A stretch of DNA of 64,000 nucleotides, taken from NCBI GenBank assembly GCA_963845385.1, contig CAWJRW010000006.1:1544910-1608909 (forward strand), written 5' to 3'. The position numbers and the translations under genes are program-made. The first letter of the stretch is position 1. The number at the start of each line of letters is the position of its first letter. The notes beneath the pieces were generated by a model. That model was not told the DNA's origin and ran no database searches. It saw only the letters and a list, made by a program, of their open reading frames with translations. Below, piece by piece: positions 32,600 through 45,743 of the stretch. Source of the stretch: an uncultured Alphaproteobacteria bacterium. Its GTDB lineage: Bacteria > Pseudomonadota > Alphaproteobacteria > CAWJRW01.

Positions 32600-34311
32600 T
32601 TGGTGAACGGGCTTACGAATTTCGTGAGAACGCCTCGGCGTGGCGCGCATTGCGGCGCTCGCCGGGATATGCGCGGCCCTCATCGGCTTTTTCGCCTTCG
32701 TCATTCTGCGGCTGTCCGAGCCGCCCATGGCGCCGCTCTTCGGCCCGCTCGCGGTCGAGGACGCGGGCGCCATCGTCTCGCGGCTGGAAGCCATGGGCGT
32801 GCCCTACGAGCTCAAGGGCGATGGCGGGCTCATCCTCGTGCCCGAGGACCGCGTGCTGCGCCTGCGCATGGCGATGGCCGAAGAGGGACTGCCCTCGAGC
32901 CGCGGCGCCGGCTACGAGCTCTTCGACAAGCAGGACGCTTTCGGCGCCACGAGCTTCATGCAGAACTTCAACCGCCTGCGCGCGCTCGAGGGCGAGCTTG
33001 CGCGCACCATCAGCGCGATCGAGACCGTGGCCTCGGCGCGCGTGCATCTCGTGATCCCCAAGCGCGAGCTCTTCGCCAGCGACGCGACGGAGCCTACGGC
33101 CTCCATCGTCATTCACGCCAAAGGCGCCGGCCTGAGCCGCGAGCAGGTCAAGGCGATCCAGAATCTCGTCGCCGCCGCCGTCGAAGGCTTGAAGCCGCAG
33201 CGCGTCGCCATCGTCGACACGCAAGGCGAGCTGCTCGTCGAGCAGCGACAGCGGCGATCCGCAAGCGGACATGGCGCCGGCACCTACGACGAACGGACTG
33301 CGGCTCATGAAGCGCGCATGCGCACCGAGATCGAGGACATCGTCTCCCATGTCGTCGGCCCCGGCAAAGCGCGCGTGCAAATCGCCGCCGACATCGACTT
33401 CAATCGCGTGACGCAGAACTTCGAGACCTACGATCCCGACGGCCAGGTCGTTCGCTCGACGCAGACGGTCGAAGAGAATTCGAGCAACAACCAAGGCCAG
33501 TCGAGCGAAGCCACCTCGGTCGCACAAAATCTTCCCGATCAAGCAGCAGCCCGCAGAGCGACACGCGGCCACCAACACCTCCGTCGGAGGCCTCGAACCG
33601 CACGGAAGAGACGGTCAATTACGAGATCTCCAAGACCACCAAGACCGAGATCACGGAGGCCGGCCGGATCAAGCGGCTGTCGGTCGCCGTGCTGGTCGAC
33701 GGCAACTACACGAACGACGCCAACGGCGGCGACGCCTATACGCCGCGCGCGCAAGACGAGCTCGACAAGATCGCGGCGCTCGTGCGCTCGGCCATCGGCT
33801 TCGACGAGAAGCGCGGCGATCAGGTGAGCGTCGTCAATCTCCGCTTCGCCGAGCCCAAGATGCCGGAGCTGACGGAGGAGAAGGAGCCCCTGCTCGGGCT
33901 GCGCAAGATCCGACTACATGCGCATCGGCGAGACGGTGGGCCTTCTCTTGGTGGCGCTGCTTGACCATGCTCTTCGTCGTGCGGCCGACGCTCGCCCGCC
34001 TTCTCAATCCCATGGCAGCCCGCGCTCGGCGGCCTGCCGGCGCAGGCACCGCAGCTTGCAGGTCACCAGGCGCCGCAGCTTGCTTCGCCCGCGGCCGCAG
34101 GCGGCGCGCAGCGCACCGCCTGCTCTTGCCCATGGCGGGGCGCCGCTGGCCCTTCCCGCCGGCGCAGCCCGGCATGGGCTCGATGATCGACATCGCGCAG
34201 ATCGAAGGCCAAGTGAAGGAAAGCTCGGTCCGCAAGGTCGGCGAAATCGTGGGCAAGCATCCCGACGAGGCCATGGCGATCGTGCGCACCTGGCTCCACC
34301 AGGGGAACTGA
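32600..34311 (+). pseudogene. fliF: Flagellar M-ring protein FliF; at least four frame breaks (about 32632, 33540, 33912, 33960), possibly more in 34010-34170
   Basis: VNGLTNFVRT | LGVARIAALAGICAALIGFFAF...ASARVHLVIPKRELF...[26 protein letters not shown]... | ...[35 protein letters not shown]... | [18 protein letters not shown] | [14 protein letters not shown]...[37 protein letters not shown]. Confidence 0.9.
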
Positions 34312-34318
34312 GCGAGCC

Positions 34319-35339
34319 GTGGCGCGCGAACGATCCCCGCCAGCTCTCGCGGCCCCGAAAAGGCCGCGGTGCTGCTGCTCGCCTGGGCGAGGAGCACGGC
34401 CAGCGTCTGTGGTCCATGATGGACGAGGACGAGATCAAGGAGCTGTCCCAGATCATGTCCAATCTCGGCACGGTCAGCTCGACGCTCGTCGAACGCTTGC
34501 TGGTCGAGTTCGTCTCGCAGATGTCCTCCACCGGCTCGCTCGATGGGCTCCTACGAGTTCGACCGAGCGCCTGCTCACGCGCTTCCTGCCCAACGACCGC
34601 GTCGGCCAGGTCATGGAGGAAATCCGCGGTCCCGCCGGCCGCACCATGTGGGACAAGCTCGGCAACGTGAACGAGAGCGTGCTCGCGAACTATCTCAAGA
34701 ACGAATATCCGCAGACCGTCGCGGTCGTGCTGTCCAAGATCAAGCCCGAGCACGCCGCGCGCGTGCTGGGCGCGCTGCCCGAGGAATTCGCGCTCGAAGT
34801 CGTGCAGCGCATGCTGCGCATGGAGACGGTGCAGAAGGACATTCTCGACAAGGTCGAGCACGACCCTGCGCACCGAGTTCATGTCCAACCTCGCGCGCAC
34901 CGCCAAGCGCGACGCCACGAGATGATGGCCGAGATCTTCAACAATTTCGACCGCCAGACCGAAGGCCGCTTCATCACCGCGCTCGAGGAGCGCAACCGCG
35001 ACTCCGCCGAGCGCATCAAGGCGCTGATGTTCACCTTCGAGGATCTCGCGCAAGCTCGATCCCGGCAGCGTCCAGACGCTGCTGCGCGCCGTCGAGAAGG
35101 ACAAGCTCGGCGCTCGCGCTCAAGGGCGCCTCCGACACGCTGCGCGACCTCTTCTTCTCCAACATGTCCGAGCGCGCCGGCAAGATCCTGCGCGAGGACA
35201 TGGAGGCGATGGGCCCGGTGCGCCTGAAGGACGTCGACGAGGCGCAGATGAGCATGGTGAACATCGCCAAGGACCTCGCCGCCAAGGGCGAGATCATGAT
35301 CGCCGCAAGCCAAGGGCGAAGACGAGCTCGATCTACTGA
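34319..35339 (+). pseudogene. fliG: Flagellar motor switch protein FliG; about eleven frame breaks in 1 kb
   Basis: [10 protein letters not shown] | [33 protein letters not shown]...STGSL | MGSYE | [37 protein letters not shown]...[20 protein letters not shown]... | [17 protein letters not shown] | [20 protein letters not shown]...MFTFEDLA | [19 protein letters not shown] | [46 protein letters not shown]... | KGEDEL | IY stop at 35337-35339. Confidence 0.9.
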
Positions 35340-35354
35340 GCGCGAACAGAACCC

Positions 35355-35979
35355 ATGTCACCCGCACAACGCTTCACATTCGACCGCGAATTCGGCCACG
35401 ACGGCACGCGCGCCAAGAAGAGCGTGCGCGCTCAAGCGCACGCTGTCGCAGCCGACGAGCTCGAGGCGATCAAGGCGGACGCGTTCGCGCGAGGGCGCCA
35501 AGGCCGCCGAGGCCGAAGCCGCCAAGCGATCGGCCGCGCAGCTCGTCGAGCGTCAACGCGCGAGCTCGGCGCGCTCGTCGAGCGCGCTGGACGACGCCAT
35601 GCGACCGGCCCGCGCGGAGGCGATCAAGCTCGCGCTATCTCATCGCGCGCAAGCTCGCCGCAGCACGCTGGTCGAGGCGCGCTCGCAGACCGAGATCGAG
35701 GCCTTGATCGGCGCAATGCCTCGAGGAGCAGCGCAGCGAGCCGCGACATCGTCATTCGCGTCCACGCCGGGCTCGCTCGACGCCGTCAAGGCCGAAGCCG
35801 CGAAACTTGTCGCAAGGAGCAGAGCTTTACGGGCCGCGTTCTCGTCATCGGCGAGCCGCAGATCGCGGCCGGCAACTGCACGCATCGAATGGGCCGATGG
35901 CGGCCTCGAGCGCGATCTCGACACGCAGATCTACGCCGTGGACGAGATCATACGGACTTATCTGCATGCCGAAGAATGA
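35355..35979 (+). pseudogene. fliH: FliH/FlbE-like flagellar assembly protein; several frame breaks
   Basis: Sits between fliG and fliN, as Caulobacter flbE does. [17 protein letters not shown]..., [63 protein letters not shown] and [28 protein letters not shown] are scattered over two frames. The stop overlaps the fliN ATG (ATGA at 35976-35979). Confidence 0.6.
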
Positions 35980-36448
35980 ACGATGCCGATGTCTCGGATC
36001 GGCCGTCGCCGCCCGAGGAAGCACTTGGCACCACCACGCCCGTTGACGGAGGGAAGTAGACGATGTCGAGCGGCGAAGGAATGGAGCTTCAGGAGCTCAC
36101 CCAGGAGCAACCGCCAAGAACCGGCCGCCGACAAGACCGGCGCGATTGCGGACCAAGCCGAAGCCGAAGAGGCCGCGCACAGCGCGTCCGACCTCGAGGC
36201 CGTCTTCGACGTGCCGGTCAACGTCTCGGCGGTCCTGGGCAAGGCGCAGATGGAAGTGAGCCAGCTCTTGAAGCTCGGCCGCGGCGCCGTGCGTCGAGCT
36301 CGACCGCAAGGTCGGCGAGGCGATCGACATCTACGTCAACAACCGCCTGGTCGCGCGCGGCGAGGTGGTCCTGGTCGAGGACCGGCTCGGCGTCACCATG
36401 ACGGAAATCATCAAAGGCGGTCGCAGCCTGAAAGAGCCTGACAGATAG
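35976..36448 (+). pseudogene. fliN: Flagellar motor switch protein FliN; at least two frame breaks
   Basis: C-terminal SpoA-type domain LEAVFDVPVNVSAVLGKAQMEVSQLLKLGRGAV | VELDRKVGEAIDIYVNNRLVARGEVVLVEDRLGVTMTEII, ending at TAG 36446-36448. The N-terminal region is low complexity with an in-frame TAG at about 36057, which implies further indels. Confidence 0.8.
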
Positions 36449-36451
36449 ATC

Positions 36452-37862
<1,411 letters not shown>

Positions 37863-37870
37863 ACATCCCA

Positions 37871-37970
37871 CCCTCCCCTCGAGGGAAAGCTCCTCGAGGA
37901 GGGAATCCGGTCGACGCTTCGACCTCCCCTCGAGGCGAGTCGAATCGGCGCACGAGCCTTCGCGAGGGGA
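37871..37970. repeat. Two imperfect hairpins built on a CCCCTCGAGG core between flbD and flhA
   Basis: CCCTCCCCTCGAGGG-aaagct-CCTCGAGGAGGG, then CTCCCCTCGAGGC...GCCTTCGCGAGGGGA. The core CCTCGAGG occurs three times within 60 bp. Possibly a terminator or a second REP type. Confidence 0.45.
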
Positions 37971-38020
37971 CTGCGCACGCGACGCCGGCATTGCGCGATC
38001 TGCAGATGTGCGAGCGAGCG

Positions 38021-40130
38021 ATGCCGACACTCGCGGCTCAGACGGCGAGCTGCGTTCGGCGTCTTGCGCATCTCAAGCGCGGCGATATCTGCGCTCGGCG
38101 CTCGGCATTCTGGCGATCATCGTCGTGCTGCATCCTGCCGCTGCCGCCGATGCTGCTCGACTTGCTGCTGGCGATCTCGATCACCTTCTCGGTGCTGATC
38201 CTGATGACGGCGCTGTTCATCGAGCGCCCGCTCGAATTCAGCGCCTTCCCGACCGTGCTGCTGATCGCGACGATGCTGCGCCTGTCGCTCAACCTCGCCT
38301 CGACCCGCCTGATCCTCGCCCACGGCCACGAGGGCACCGCCGCCGCCGGCCACGTCATCGAGGCCTTCGGCAACTTCGTGATGCAGGGCAATTTCGTCAT
38401 CGGCGTCATCGTCTTCGCGATCCTGGTGATCGTGAACTTCGTCGTCATCACCAAGGGCTCGGGCCGCATCGCCGAAGTCGCCGCGCGCTTCACCTTGGAC
38501 GCCATGCCCGGCAAGCAGATGGCGATCGACGCCGATCTCTCCGCCGGCCTCATCGACGAGAACGAGGCGCGCGAGCGCCGCAAGCAGCTCGAGGACGAAG
38601 CGAACTTCTTCGGCGCCATGGACGGCGCCTCGAAGTTCGTGCGCGGCGACGCCATCGCCGGCCTGCTCATCATCTTCATCAACATCATCGGCGGCATGAT
38701 CATCGGCGTCGGCGCAGCAAGGCCTGACCTTCGCCGACGCCGGCAACACCTACACGCTGCTCACCGTCGGCGACGGCCTGGTCACGCAGATCCCCGCGCT
38801 GCATCGTCTCGATCGCCGCCGGCCTGCTGGTGTCGAAGGCCGGCGTCGAAGGCGCCGCCGACAAGGCGCTGGTCGGCCAGCTCTCCGGCTATCCCGCAGG
38901 CGCTCGGCATGTCGTCGCTCGTGATGGCCGTGATGGCGTTCCTGCCCGGCATGCCGACGCTGCTCTTCCTGCTCCTCTCGCGGCGCCATGGGCGGCGCTC
39001 GCCTGAGCGTGTGGCGCACGCGGCGAAGCGGCGCGCCGCCGAAGCGCTGCGCGCGCAGAGCGCCAAGAAGCGAAGCCGCCCGCGCGACGAGCCGATCGCC
39101 GACCGCGCTGGCGATGGACTATCTTGCGCGTCGAACTCGGCTACGGCCTGCTGCCGCTGATCAACGACAATGCAAGGGCCACCGCCTCACCGACCAGATC
39201 AAGGCGCTGCGCCGCCAGCTCGCCAGCGAGATGGGCTTCGTCATGCCGTCGGTGCGCATCATCGACAACATGCAGCTCGGCTCGAACAGACTACGTCATC
39301 CGCGTCAAGGAGATGGAGGCCGGCAGGGCGAGCTGCGCTCCGGCCAGCTGCTGGTCATGGATCCGCGCGGCGACGCCGATCGATCTGCCCGGGCGAAGCG
39401 ATGCGCGAGCCCGCCTTCGGCCTGCCCGCCACCTGGGTCGACGACGGCCTGCGCGAGGAAGCCTCGTTCCGCGGCTACACGGTCGTCGATCCCGCGACCG
39501 TGCTCACCACGCATCTCACCGAGATTCTCAAGGACAACATGGCCGAGCTTCTCTCCTACGCGGAGACGAAGAAGCTGCTCGACGATCTGCCGGCCGAGCA
39601 GAAGAAGCTCGTCGACGACCTCGTGCCCGTCGCAGATCACGGTCACCGGCATCCAGCGCATCCTGCAGGCGCTGCTTGGCGGAGCGCATCTCGATCCGCG
39701 ATCTGCCGACGATCCTCGAAGGCATCGCCGAGGCGGTGTCGCACACGAGCAATGCCACGCGCATCACCGAGCACGTGCGCGCGCGGCTGGCGCGCCAGAT
39801 CTGCAACAACAATCTCGACGCCGCCGGCGAGCTGCCGCTCGTCACGCTTGTCGCCGCGACTGGGAGCACGCCTTCGCCGAAGCGCTGGTCGGCCAGGGCG
39901 AGGACCGGCAGCTCGCCATGGCGCCGTCGCAGCTGCAGGAGTTCATCACCGCGGTGCGCGCGCGCTTCGACGCAGACCGCTGCAGGGCGAGCTCGCCGTG
40001 CTGCTCACCAGCCCCATGATCCGGCCCTTACGTGCGCTCGATCATCGAGCGCTTCCGCCCGCAGACCGTCGTCATGTCGCAGAACGAGATCCACCCGCAG
40101 GTGAAGCTCAAGACCCTCGGCCAGGTGTGA
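38021..40130 (+). pseudogene. flhA: Flagellar export apparatus protein FlhA; many frame breaks
   Basis: [44 protein letters not shown]...[49 protein letters not shown]...[19 protein letters not shown]... These are the FHIPEP motifs. Cytoplasmic-domain pieces ([91 protein letters not shown]) are spread over all frames. Stop at 40128-40130. Confidence 0.9.
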
Positions 40131-40140
40131 GGGCGGGGCC

Positions 40141-41340
40141 ATGCGTCTGCGCACATTCATGCGGCGACCATGAAGGAGGCGATGGCCCGCGTGCGCGCCG
40201 AGATGGGCCCGGACGCCGTCATTATCTATTCCCATGAGCGCAAGCGGGGGCGCGGCGTCGAAGTGCGCGCGGCCGCCGAAGGCTGCGCCGCCGCCGCCGC
40301 CGCCACCGCCCGCGCAGGCAGCTTTGCCCACGGTAAAGCGCGCGCGCGTCCAAGGAACGGAGTCGTCGCTCGCAGGCGCGGCGCGGCGCAGAGAGGCGCT
40401 GGCGAGCGCTGCGGGTGCTTCGGCCGCAACGGATGCGCGCAAGCAGGCGCGCAAGCCCGCCGGCATGAACGGCAACGGCGCGCATGCCCACAGCATTGCC
40501 GTTCTCCGATCCGCGGACACATCCGAAGTCTTGAAGCGCGCGCTCGCCTATCACGGGCTTGGCGGAAAGCTTGCCGCGGCATTGAGCGAGCTCGCGGGCA
40601 AGATGGACGAGCGGACCCGGCTCTCTCGCTCGGAAAGGCGCTCGACGCGCGGTTCGGCTTCCGGCCGCTGCCGGTTCTGCCGCCCGTGCCCATCATGCTC
40701 GTGGGCGGCCCGGGCGTGGGCAAGACCGTGACCACGGCCAAGCTCGCCGCGCGCGCGCGGCTTGCGGGCCACGCCGTGCGCGTCGTCACCACGGACACAC
40801 TGCGTTCGGGCGCGATCGAGCAGCTCGCAAAGCTCCTGGACAGCATGGGTCTCGCGCCCGACACCGCCGACCACGCCCGGAGCCTTGTCCGCGTGGCTCG
40901 CCGCGCAGCGCGAAACGAACGCGCCGACGGCGATTTTCATCGATACGCCGGGCACCAACGTGCTCGCCATCGGCGAACGCGACGATCTCGCGCGTTTCAT
41001 CAAAGCGGGCGAGATCGAGCCCGTGCTCGTGCAAGCCGCCGGCGCCGATTGCGCGGAAGCGGCCGCCAACGCCAAGCTCTTCGCGGCGCTCGGTGCGCGC
41101 CGCATGATCATGACGCGCCTCGACGCGGCGCGGCGGTTGGGCAGCCTTCTCGCCGCCGCGGACGCTTCGCATCTCGGCATCGCCGAGGTGAGCCTTTCGC
41201 CTTATCTCTCCGAACCGCTCAATGCACTCAAGCCCGTCGCGCTGGCGCGCATCCTGCTCGCCCAGAGCGGCGGCTGCGGCGACGCCTTCGCCACACGCCA
41301 GAACCAGCCGAGAACAATCAAGGAGCAGCGCCTGCAATGA
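40141..41340 (+). pseudogene. flhF: Flagellar biosynthesis GTPase FlhF (SRP-type); about four frame breaks
   Basis: MRLRTFM | (A)ATMKEAMARVRAEMGPDAVIIYS...; G1 LVGGPGVGKTVTTAKLAA; FIDTPGTN; MIMTRLDAARRLGSLL. The first junction needs one extra G (atg gcg). Confidence 0.85.
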
Positions 41341-42197
41341 CAATCGCGAGCACCCCGAAATCGCCGGGCCGGCCGGTCAGCATGGCGGGCAACACGCCCA
41401 TCACGGGCCCGCGCCGCTTGACCGTGGCCTCCGGCAAGGGCGGCGTCGGCAAGACGTGGTTTGCCGTGACGCTCGCCCAAGCGCTCGCCATGGAAGGCGA
41501 AGCAGTGCTTCTGGTCGACGCCGATCTCGGGCTCGCCAATGTCGACGTGCAGCTCGGCCTCACGCCGCACGCCGATCTCGCGGCGGTCGTGGCGCGCGAG
41601 ATCAAGATCGAGGCGGCCGTCTCGGCCTATGGCGGCGGACGGAACGCGGCGACGCGCGGCGGCTTCGACGTGCTTCCCGGACGCTCGGGCGCCGGCACGC
41701 TTGCCGGGCTTGCCCAAGGCGAGCTTGCGTCGCTGGCCGCGGGTCTCGTGGCGCTCGAGCGCGCCTATGACCGCATCGTCGTCGATCTCGGTGCCGGCCT
41801 CGATCTCGGCCGTCACGACCTTCGCCGGCCACGACGCGGGCGACGGCCCCGGTCATGCGGTGCTCGTGGTGCTCACCGACGAGCCGACATCGCTCACCGA
41901 CGCCTACGCCTTCATCAAGGTCATGCGCTTGCGCGCGCCCGTCGGCGGATCTGCGCGTCGTGGTCAATCGCGCCTCGAGCTACAGCCAAGGCAAGCGCAC
42001 CTATCAGGCGCTGGAAACGGCGTGCCGGAATTTCCTCGGCTTTTCGCCGCCGCTCGCGGGCATCGTGCCCGAGGACACCCGCGTGCGCCGAATCGATCCG
42101 CCACCAGAGCGCGCTGCTCGGCCGCTATCCCCAGAGCAAGGCTGGCGCCGGAATCATCGCCATTGCCCATGCCTTGCACGCGGGCCGGGCGCTTTAG
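41337..42197 (+). pseudogene. flhG: MinD/ParA-type ATPase FlhG (FleN/MotR-like); three frame breaks
   Basis: The ATG overlaps the flhF stop (ATGA). Deviant Walker A VASGKGGVGKTWFAVTLAQALA, LLVDADLGLANVDV, then VVLTDEPTSLTDAYAFIKVM | [12 protein letters not shown]... | ESIRHQSALLGRYPQSKAG in successive frames. Confidence 0.8.
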
Positions 42198-42282
42198 GGC
42201 GCCCCGCCCCGCGTCGCCACGCCCGCCGATTTCCGCTATGATCTCCCGCGGGAGAAAGCGCAGAAAGCGCAAAGGTGGGGAC

Positions 42283-42606
42283 ATGGAAGGCATTCAGCAG
42301 ATCATCACGTCGGCGCTGCAGTCGATCGCGCACGTGCAGTTTCTTGCCATCGCGGCCGCGGCGGGCATCATCATGCGCCGCCCCGAACAGATCGTGTACA
42401 TCACGTTGACCGCGCTTGCCGTCGATCAGATCGCGACCATCGTACGGGCGGTCGTCGACAACGACGCGCCGGTCGACGCCACGGTCAACGGCAAGTGGCA
42501 GGGGTTCTTGCATCTCGAGATGCAGACGTTTCTGGCCGCATTCATTGCGTTCGCGTTCGTCACGGCCGTCGTCTTCGGATGCAAATCGCTTCTGAAGCGC
42601 GTCTGA
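42283..42606 (+). CDS. Hypothetical small membrane protein (107 aa) at the end of the flhA-flhF-flhG unit
   Basis: Tail of ORF 41539..42606 from MEGIQQIITSAL (ATG 42283, GGTGGGG RBS-like purine run upstream). Three hydrophobic segments. No family recognised. Confidence 0.45.
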   Translation: MEGIQQIITSALQSIAHVQFLAIAAAAGIIMRRPEQIVYITLTALAVDQIATIVRAVVDNDAPVDATVNGKWQGFLHLEMQTFLAAFIAFAFVTAVVFGCKSLLKRV

Positions 42607-42621
42607 GAACGCCACTGGGCC

Positions 42622-42827
42622 GCCTCATGGTTCGAGACGCGTCACGAAGAGTGACGCTCCTCACCATGAGGCTATCCAAATGATTCCTCATGGTTCGAGA
42701 CGCGTCGCGAAGAGTGACGCTCCTCACCATGAGGCTATGCAAATGATTCCACCCTGAGGAGCCCGCCCCCGGGCCGGCGCTTTGCGCCGCCCGAGGACAA
42801 GCTCCGGCGGGCGTCTCGAAGGGTGAG
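42622..42827. repeat. REP cluster: two tandem type II palindromes plus one type I variant
   Basis: CCTCATGGTTCGAGACGCGTC(A/G)CGAAGAGTGACGCTCCTCACCATGAGG at 42622-42670 and 42685-42733, each followed by CTAT(C/G)CAAATGATTC. Then CACCCTGAGGAG...CGTCTCGAAGGGTGAGG, ending at 42827. Confidence 0.85.
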
Positions 42828-42856
42828 GACGACTTTCAAAGTGACTCGGAGGCCGC

Positions 42857-43306
42857 TTACGAGGACGTGGTCGCCTCGCGGCGCTGATAGGCCTTGATCG
42901 CCACGTCGTCGACTTCGGCCTGCTCGCGGCGGGTTTTCTCGGCGCGTTGCTTTTTCTTGCTGTTTTCCTCGAGCACCTCGATCTTCTTGAGCTCGCGATA
43001 AGCATCGCCCAGCGCGGCCTTCGTGCTCTCGATCTCGCGCTCGATGTTCTTGATCGATTCCTCGAGCTTCTGGCGGCGCTCGGTCATGGCCTTGGCGAAG
43101 GACGGATAGGCATAGGCGCCGATGGGCGAGGTTTCGCCGATGCGGCGCTCGTCGGCGAGCGTCGCCTCGAGCTCGGTTCGCTTGTCCTCGAAGTCCCGGC
43201 GCATCACCTCGAGCTCCCCGAGACGGCGGCGGATATCGTCGACCTGCCACTTGTGCAGGCGGATCAGCGCCTGACGCGACTTCATGCTCGATCTCCTTTT
43301 CTTCAT
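42857..43306 (-). CDS. fliJ: Flagellar export chaperone FliJ
   Basis: Intact coiled-coil ORF immediately downstream of fliI ([37 protein letters not shown]...). The start may be the internal MKSRQ at 43285. Confidence 0.7.
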   Translation of the reverse strand: MKKRRSSMKSRQALIRLHKWQVDDIRRRLGELEVMRRDFEDKRTELEATLADERRIGETSPIGAYAYPSFAKAMTERRQKLEESIKNIEREIESTKAALGDAYRELKKIEVLEENSKKKQRAEKTRREQAEVDDVAIKAYQRREATTSS

Positions 43307-43324
43307 CCGCCTTATCCTTCGGTA

Positions 43325-44671
43325 TTAAGAAGGCTTGCTCGCAAGAATTTCCCGCATCGTCGCGAAGCCGTCCGCAAGGCTCGTCCGCTCGCTCTTGTCC
43401 TGAGTGAGAAAACGCTCGATTTGAGGGTAGTAGTGAACCGCGGCGTCGATGCCGGCATCGGTGCCGCGCCGGTAGGCGCCGAGCCGCACGAGCTCGGCCA
43501 CGTCCTCGAAGACCGCAAGGTGCCGGCGGGCTTCCGCGATGAGCGCCTGCTCCTCGGGCGTGTTGCAGGCCGGCATGGTGCGCGAGATCGAGCGCAGAAC
43601 GTTGACGGCCGGATAGCGCCCGCGCTCGGCGATGGCGCGGTCGAGCACGATGTGGCCGTCCAAGAATTCCGCGCACGGCGTCCGCGATGGGCTCGTTGTG
43701 GTCGTCGCCCTCGACCAGCACCGTGAAGAGGCCCGTAATGGCGCCGGTTCCCGGCACGCCCGGCCCTGCGCGCTCAAGAAGCCGCGGCAGCTCGGTGAAG
43801 ACCGTGGGCGTGTAGCTCTTGGCGGTGGGCGGCTCGCCGCTGGAAAGCCCGATCTCGCGCTGGGCCATGGCAAAGCGCGTGACGCTGTCCATGAGGCACA
43901 AGCACCTGCGCGCCGCGGTCGCGGAAATATTCGGCGACGGAAAGCGTGAGATGGGCAGCCTGGCGGCGGCGCAAAGGCGATTCGTCCGAGGTCGCGACCA
44001 CGACCACGCTGCGCGCTAATCCTTCCCGACCCAGATCGTCGGCCAAGAACTCCTGCACCTCGCGGCCGCGCTCGCCGATGAGACCGATCACCGCCACGTC
44101 GCAGGCCGTGTGGCGCGCGAGCATGGAAAGCAGCACCGATTTGCCGACGCCCGAGCCCGAGAAGATGCCCATGCGCTGCCCCCGGCAACAGGCGACGAAG
44201 GTGTTGAGCGAGCGCACGCCGAGATCGAGCTTCTCGCCCACCCGCGCGCGCTTGTGCGCGGGCGGCGGACGATTGCGCAAGGGATAGGGCTCGACACCCT
44301 GCGGCAGCGGGCCCTTGCCGTCCACCGCATTGCCGAAGGCGTCGACCACGCGGCCGAGCCAGCCTCGCGGAGGGATGGATGAGGCTGTCGAGCCCGCCCA
44401 CATCGGCGCGGCATCCCATGCGCACGCCTTCGAGCGAGTCGAAGGGCATGCACACCGCGCGCTCGTCGCGGAAGCCCACGACCTCGCACGGCACGCGGCG
44501 CGCGCCGCGACCCTGCACGGTCACGCGCGCACCAATAGAGAGTCTGCGCGCGGCCCCCGCCACCTCGACGAGCAGACCTTGCACGGTGACGACGCGCCCA
44601 TAGCGTTGGACGGGATCAATCTGCTCGATCTCGGTGAATAGAGGTTTCAACTCCGGCCACCCGCAAAGCAC
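43325..44671 (-). pseudogene. fliI: Flagellum-specific ATPase FliI; three frame breaks
   Basis: Walker [18 protein letters not shown] (ORF 43774..44403). Walker B/arginine region [26 protein letters not shown]...[26 protein letters not shown] (ORF 42735..43901). N- and C-termini lie in ORF 43325..44671. Confidence 0.9.
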
Positions 44672-44966
44672 TTAAGAGCCTGCGCGCGGAGCGCGGGCCC
44701 GGGCCTAGCCGATTATCCTTACAAGGACCGCTTAAGCCCGCGTAAAGCGGGCGGCATCGTCCGCACCCGTCCCTTGTGACTTGGCGGCGAAGCAGCCTAT
44801 ACAAATGCGTCCGCGCCTTGCTTACTGATTCGCGTCACGCCCACCCTCCTGGTTGAGGGTTTGTCCAGAATTCCTCGTGCCCCGTTAAGGTTTCTTAAGT
44901 AATTCCGCATAGGCTCTCACGCGGGAGTTAACCATACCAGGGGCGAGCGCCTGCAAGAGGGATCAG

Positions 44967-45661
<695 letters not shown>

Positions 45662-45677
45662 GACGCAAAGACAGAGC

Positions 45678-45699
45678 AAGGGCGCCTTCGGGCGCCCTT
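45678..45699. terminator. Hairpin between convergent ctrA and glycerate kinase (bidirectional terminator candidate)
   Basis: AAGGGCGCC-ttcg-GGCGCCCTT, a perfect 9-bp GC-rich stem. Flanking T/A tracts are weak. Confidence 0.5.
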
Positions 45700-45743
45700 C
45701 TGCTATGGACCGGCCGCCGACGTCCTGCGCTGCGTGAAGTCTT

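Noticed and set aside
37981-38005. Sigma-54 promoter upstream of flhA (GGCA...TTGC...TGCA)
   Set aside because: The spacing between the GG and GC elements does not fit GG-N10-GC in any register.
42622-42827. Possible CRISPR array (regularly spaced repeats)
   Set aside because: There are only two identical units. The units are long self-complementary palindromes belonging to a dispersed REP family, the 14-nt linkers are themselves repeated, and no cas genes are present.
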